A DNA stretch of 64,000 nucleotides from Tagaea sp. (lineage in GTDB: Bacteria > Pseudomonadota > Alphaproteobacteria > CACIAM-22H2), in assembly GCA_965279525.1 (NCBI GenBank), contig CBDIIB010000003.1:544001-608000 (forward strand). The letters run 5' to 3'. The position numbers and the translations under genes are program-made. Shown in pieces: positions 60,797 to 64,000 of this stretch (position 1 is the stretch's first letter; each line of letters starts with the position of its first letter). Under the pieces are notes generated by a model that searched no databases, had not been told where the DNA came from, and saw nothing but the letters and a program-made list of their open reading frames with translations.

Positions 60797-62098
60797 ATGC
60801 CGATCAACGTTCTGATGCCCGCACTCTCGCCGACGATGACCGAAGGCAAGATCGCCCGCTGGCTGAAAGCCGAGGGCGACACGGTCAAGTCCGGCCAGGT
60901 GCTGTGCGAGATCGAGACCGACAAGGCGACGATGGAAGTCGAGGCGGTCGACGAGGGCATTCTTGCCAAGATCATCGTCCCCGGCGGATCCGAGGGCGTG
61001 AAGGTCAACGCCGTGATCGCGCTGATCGCGGGCGAAGGCGAGGACGCCAAAGCCGTCGCCGCCGGCGGCGGTGCCGCGGCTGCACCGGCACCTGAGGCAC
61101 CCAAGGCGGCCGCACCTGCTGCTGCCGCACCTGCGGCCTCGGCCACGGCTCCCGTCGCGGCGGCACCTGCCGGCGCATCTTCGGGCGCACGCGTCATCGC
61201 CTCGCCGCTTGCAAAGCGCATGGCCGAACAGGCCGGCCTCGATCTTGCGAAGATCGCGGGCTCCGGCCCGGGCGGTCGCATCGTCAAGCACGACGTCGAG
61301 AGCGCCGTTTCCGGCGGTGGGGCAAAGAAAGCTGCACCGGCCGCTTCGGCGGGCGCACCGGCACCGGTCGCCGTATCGTCGGCAGCCCTTGCCGCCATCG
61401 GGCCGCACAAGCTTGTCCCGCTGTCGACGATGCGCAAAGTGATCGCGCGCCGCCTGACCGAGAGCAAGCAGCAGGTCCCGCACTTCTACCTGACGGTCGA
61501 TTGCGACATCGACAAGCTGCTCGCCGGCCGCGCCTCGCTCAACGCCCGCAGCCCCGAGAAGGGTCCGGGTGCCTTCAAGCTGTCGGTCAACGACTTCATC
61601 ATCAAGGCGGTGGCCGTGGCGTTGCGCCAGGTGCCGAATGCCAACGCCTCGTTCAGCGACGACGGCATGCTGCTGTGGGACAATGTCGACATCTCGGTCG
61701 CCGTCGCGATCCCCGGCGGACTCATCACGCCGATCATCCGCGATGCCGACAAGAAGGGTCTCGTCGACATCTCGAAGGCGATGAAGGATCTCGCGACGCG
61801 CGCCAAGGACGGCAAGCTGAAGCCCGAGGAGTTCCAGGGTGGCACGTTCTCGATCTCCAATCTCGGCATGTTCGGCATCAAGGATTTCGCCGCCGTGATC
61901 AACCCGCCACAGGGCTGCATCCTGGCGGTGGGTGCGGGCGAGCAGCGGGCGGTCGTCAAGAACGGCGCGCTCGCCGTCGCTACGGTCATGAGCGTGACGC
62001 TCTCGGTCGACCATCGCGTGGTCGACGGCAGCGTCGGCGCCGAGTTCCTCGCCGCGTTCAAGAAGATCGTCGAAGATCCGCTGACGATGCTGCTTTAG
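60797..62098 (+). CDS. pdhC: Pyruvate dehydrogenase E2, dihydrolipoamide acetyltransferase
   Basis: Lipoyl domain, ASPLAKRMA E3-binding domain, FSISNLGM, DHRVVDG. Confidence 0.97.
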   Translation: MPINVLMPALSPTMTEGKIARWLKAEGDTVKSGQVLCEIETDKATMEVEAVDEGILAKIIVPGGSEGVKVNAVIALIAGEGEDAKAVAAGGGAAAAPAPEAPKAAAPAAAAPAASATAPVAAAPAGASSGARVIASPLAKRMAEQAGLDLAKIAGSGPGGRIVKHDVESAVSGGGAKKAAPAASAGAPAPVAVSSAALAAIGPHKLVPLSTMRKVIARRLTESKQQVPHFYLTVDCDIDKLLAGRASLNARSPEKGPGAFKLSVNDFIIKAVAVALRQVPNANASFSDDGMLLWDNVDISVAVAIPGGLITPIIRDADKKGLVDISKAMKDLATRAKDGKLKPEEFQGGTFSISNLGMFGIKDFAAVINPPQGCILAVGAGEQRAVVKNGALAVATVMSVTLSVDHRVVDGSVGAEFLAAFKKIVEDPLTMLL

Positions 62099-62111
62099 GG
62101 AGGCCCGGAAA

Positions 62112-63527
62112 ATGGCCGAACAGAATTTCGACCTGATCGTCGTCGGCGGCGGGCCGGGCGGCTATGTCGCCGCGATCCGTGCGGCCCAGCTCAAGATGAA
62201 CGTGGCGCTGGTCGAGCGCGAGCATCTGGGTGGCATCTGCCTCAACTGGGGCTGCATCCCGACCAAGGCGCTCCTGCGCACGTCGGAGATCTACGGCATC
62301 CTTCAGCATCTTGATGCCTACGGCCTTGCGGCCGACAACGCGCGCTTCGACGTGAAGAAGGTCGTCGAACGCTCGCGGAAGGTCGCGGCCCAGCTTTCGG
62401 GCGGCATCAAGCACCTGCTGAAGAAGAACAAGGTCACCGTGTTCGACGGGCAGGGCGCGCTCGCAGGGACCGGTGCCGCCGGCGTGCGCAAGGTCGCCGT
62501 CACGAAGGACGGCAAGCCGGTCGCCGACCTGACGGCCAAGAACGTGATCCTCGCAACCGGTGCGCGCGCGCGCGTGGTGCCGGGCATGGAGCCGGATGGC
62601 AAGCTCGTGTGGACCTACAAGGAAGCGATGGTGCCGCCGGCGATGCCCAAGTCGCTGCTGGTCGTCGGCTCGGGCGCCATCGGCATCGAGTTCGCGTCGT
62701 TCTACCGCACGATGGGTGCGGCCGTGACCGTCGTCGAGATGATGGATCGCGTGCTCCCCGTCGAGGACGAGGAAATCAGCGCCTTCGCGCGCAAGTCGTT
62801 CGAGAAGCAGGGGATGAAGATCCTCACCTCGGCGACCGTGAAGGGCCTCAAGAAGGCGGCCGACAGCGTGACCGTGACGGTCGAGAGTGCGGGCAAGACG
62901 CAGGAGATCGTCGTCGAGCGCGTGATCTCGGCGGTCGGCATCGTCGGCAATGTCGAGAAGATCGGACTTGAAGGCACCAAGGTGAAGGTCGACCGCACGC
63001 ATGTCGTGATCGACGAATGGTGTGCGACCGGTGAACCGGGCGTCTACGCGATCGGCGATCTTGCCGGGCCGCCATGGCTTGCGCATAAGGCGAGCCACGA
63101 GGGCGTGATCTGCGTGGAGAAGATCGCCGGCATCAAGGGCCTGCATCCGCTCGACGTGACGAACATCCCCGGCTGTACCTACTGCACGCCGCAGGTCGCG
63201 TCGGTGGGCTTCACCGAGAAGAAGGCCAAGGAGCTTGGCCATGACGTGAAGGTCGGCCGCTTCCCGTTCATGGGCAACGGCAAGGCGATCGCGCTCGGCG
63301 AGCCCGAGGGGCTGGTCAAGACCGTTTTCGACGCCAAGACCGGTGAACTGCTGGGCGCCCACATGGTGGGGGCGGAAGTGACCGAGCTCATCCAGGGCTA
63401 CGGCATCGCCAAGACGCTGGAAACGACCGAGGCCGAACTGATGCACACGGTCTTCCCGCATCCCACGCTCAGCGAGATGATGCACGAGAGCGTCCTTGAC
63501 GCGTACGGGCGCGCGATCCATTTCTAG
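62112..63527 (+). CDS. lpdA: Dihydrolipoyl dehydrogenase
   Basis: [26 protein letters not shown]. Confidence 0.97.
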   Translation: MAEQNFDLIVVGGGPGGYVAAIRAAQLKMNVALVEREHLGGICLNWGCIPTKALLRTSEIYGILQHLDAYGLAADNARFDVKKVVERSRKVAAQLSGGIKHLLKKNKVTVFDGQGALAGTGAAGVRKVAVTKDGKPVADLTAKNVILATGARARVVPGMEPDGKLVWTYKEAMVPPAMPKSLLVVGSGAIGIEFASFYRTMGAAVTVVEMMDRVLPVEDEEISAFARKSFEKQGMKILTSATVKGLKKAADSVTVTVESAGKTQEIVVERVISAVGIVGNVEKIGLEGTKVKVDRTHVVIDEWCATGEPGVYAIGDLAGPPWLAHKASHEGVICVEKIAGIKGLHPLDVTNIPGCTYCTPQVASVGFTEKKAKELGHDVKVGRFPFMGNGKAIALGEPEGLVKTVFDAKTGELLGAHMVGAEVTELIQGYGIAKTLETTEAELMHTVFPHPTLSEMMHESVLDAYGRAIHF

Positions 63528-63531
63528 GGGC

Positions 63532-64000
63532 ATGGAGACGGTCCCGAAGCTTCGCCACCCCGAGAAGGCCCACCGGCCCGACAATCCGGTGCAGGTGCGC
63601 AAGCCCGAGTGGATCCGGGTCAAGGCGCCGACGTCGCCCGAGTACATGGAGACGAAGAAGATCGTCCGCGACCGCGGCCTCGTGACCGTGTGCGAGGAGG
63701 CGGCGTGCCCCAATATCGGCGAGTGCTGGAAGAAGAAGCACGCGACGATGATGATCCTGGGCTCGGTGTGCACGCGCGCCTGCAGCTTCTGCAACGTGGC
63801 GACCGGCATGCCGGACAAACTCGATCCGCATGAGCCCGAGAAGGTCGCCGAGGCGGCCGAACTGATGGGCCTCCAGCACATCGTCATCACGTCGGTCGAC
63901 CGCGACGATCTGCCCGACGGCGGGGCGATGCATTTCGCCCGCGTGATCCGCGCGATCCGCGCCCGCTGCCCCGGCACGACGATCGAGGTGCTGACGCCAG
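63532..64000 (+). CDS. lipA: Lipoyl synthase, N-terminal part (runs off the window)
   Basis: Translates [12 protein letters not shown]...KPEWIRVK...[14 protein letters not shown]...CTRACSFC...[10 protein letters not shown]. Confidence 0.95.
   Translation, partial: METVPKLRHPEKAHRPDNPVQVRKPEWIRVKAPTSPEYMETKKIVRDRGLVTVCEEAACPNIGECWKKKHATMMILGSVCTRACSFCNVATGMPDKLDPHEPEKVAEAAELMGLQHIVITSVDRDDLPDGGAMHFARVIRAIRARCPGTTIEVLTP

Noticed and set aside
59660-61400. GCN-rich repeats in pdhB/pdhC as tandem repeats or a CRISPR-like array
   Set aside because: They encode ordinary Ala/Pro linkers; no constant repeat-spacer period and no cas genes

Overview
High-GC alphaproteobacterial chromosome segment (Rhodospirillales-like gene order), almost entirely conserved housekeeping genes: proS(3' end)-lolC/E-lolD ... 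dnaE ... rpsB-tsf-pyrH-frr-uppS-cdsA-dxr-rseP-bamA-skp-lpxD-fabZ-lpxA-lpxI-lpxB, gloA, gltA, gltX, comEC, lexA-moeA-moaC-trpC-trpD, ppiD, tpiA, secG-pyrG-kdsA ... eno-ftsB ... pdhABC-lpdA-lipA(5' part). Small accessory inserts interrupt this backbone: lolD/dnaE, dnaE/rpsB, trpD/ppiD, tpiA/secG, kdsA/eno and ftsB/pdhA. I see no CRISPR array, integrase, transposase, prophage, tRNA or rRNA, and I cannot support a clearly new multi-gene system. The most interesting signals are regulatory or architectural: (1) a 22-bp LysR-type operator shared by pirin and doxX 10.7 kb apart; (2) two 19-bp-spacer CueR-type promoters, one before cueR and one hidden in a coding tail before copZ, with no copA in the window; (3) a GANTC cluster plus CtrA-like box before ftsB; (4) perfect DnaA boxes before dnaE and lexA; (5) CTAG at 8 of 9 convergent gene junctions; (6) uncharacterised ORFs flanking dnaE, a GnnA-like gene abutting lpxB and an E. 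coli-type two-domain cytidine deaminase. All calls come from motif recognition by eye; no database searches were run.
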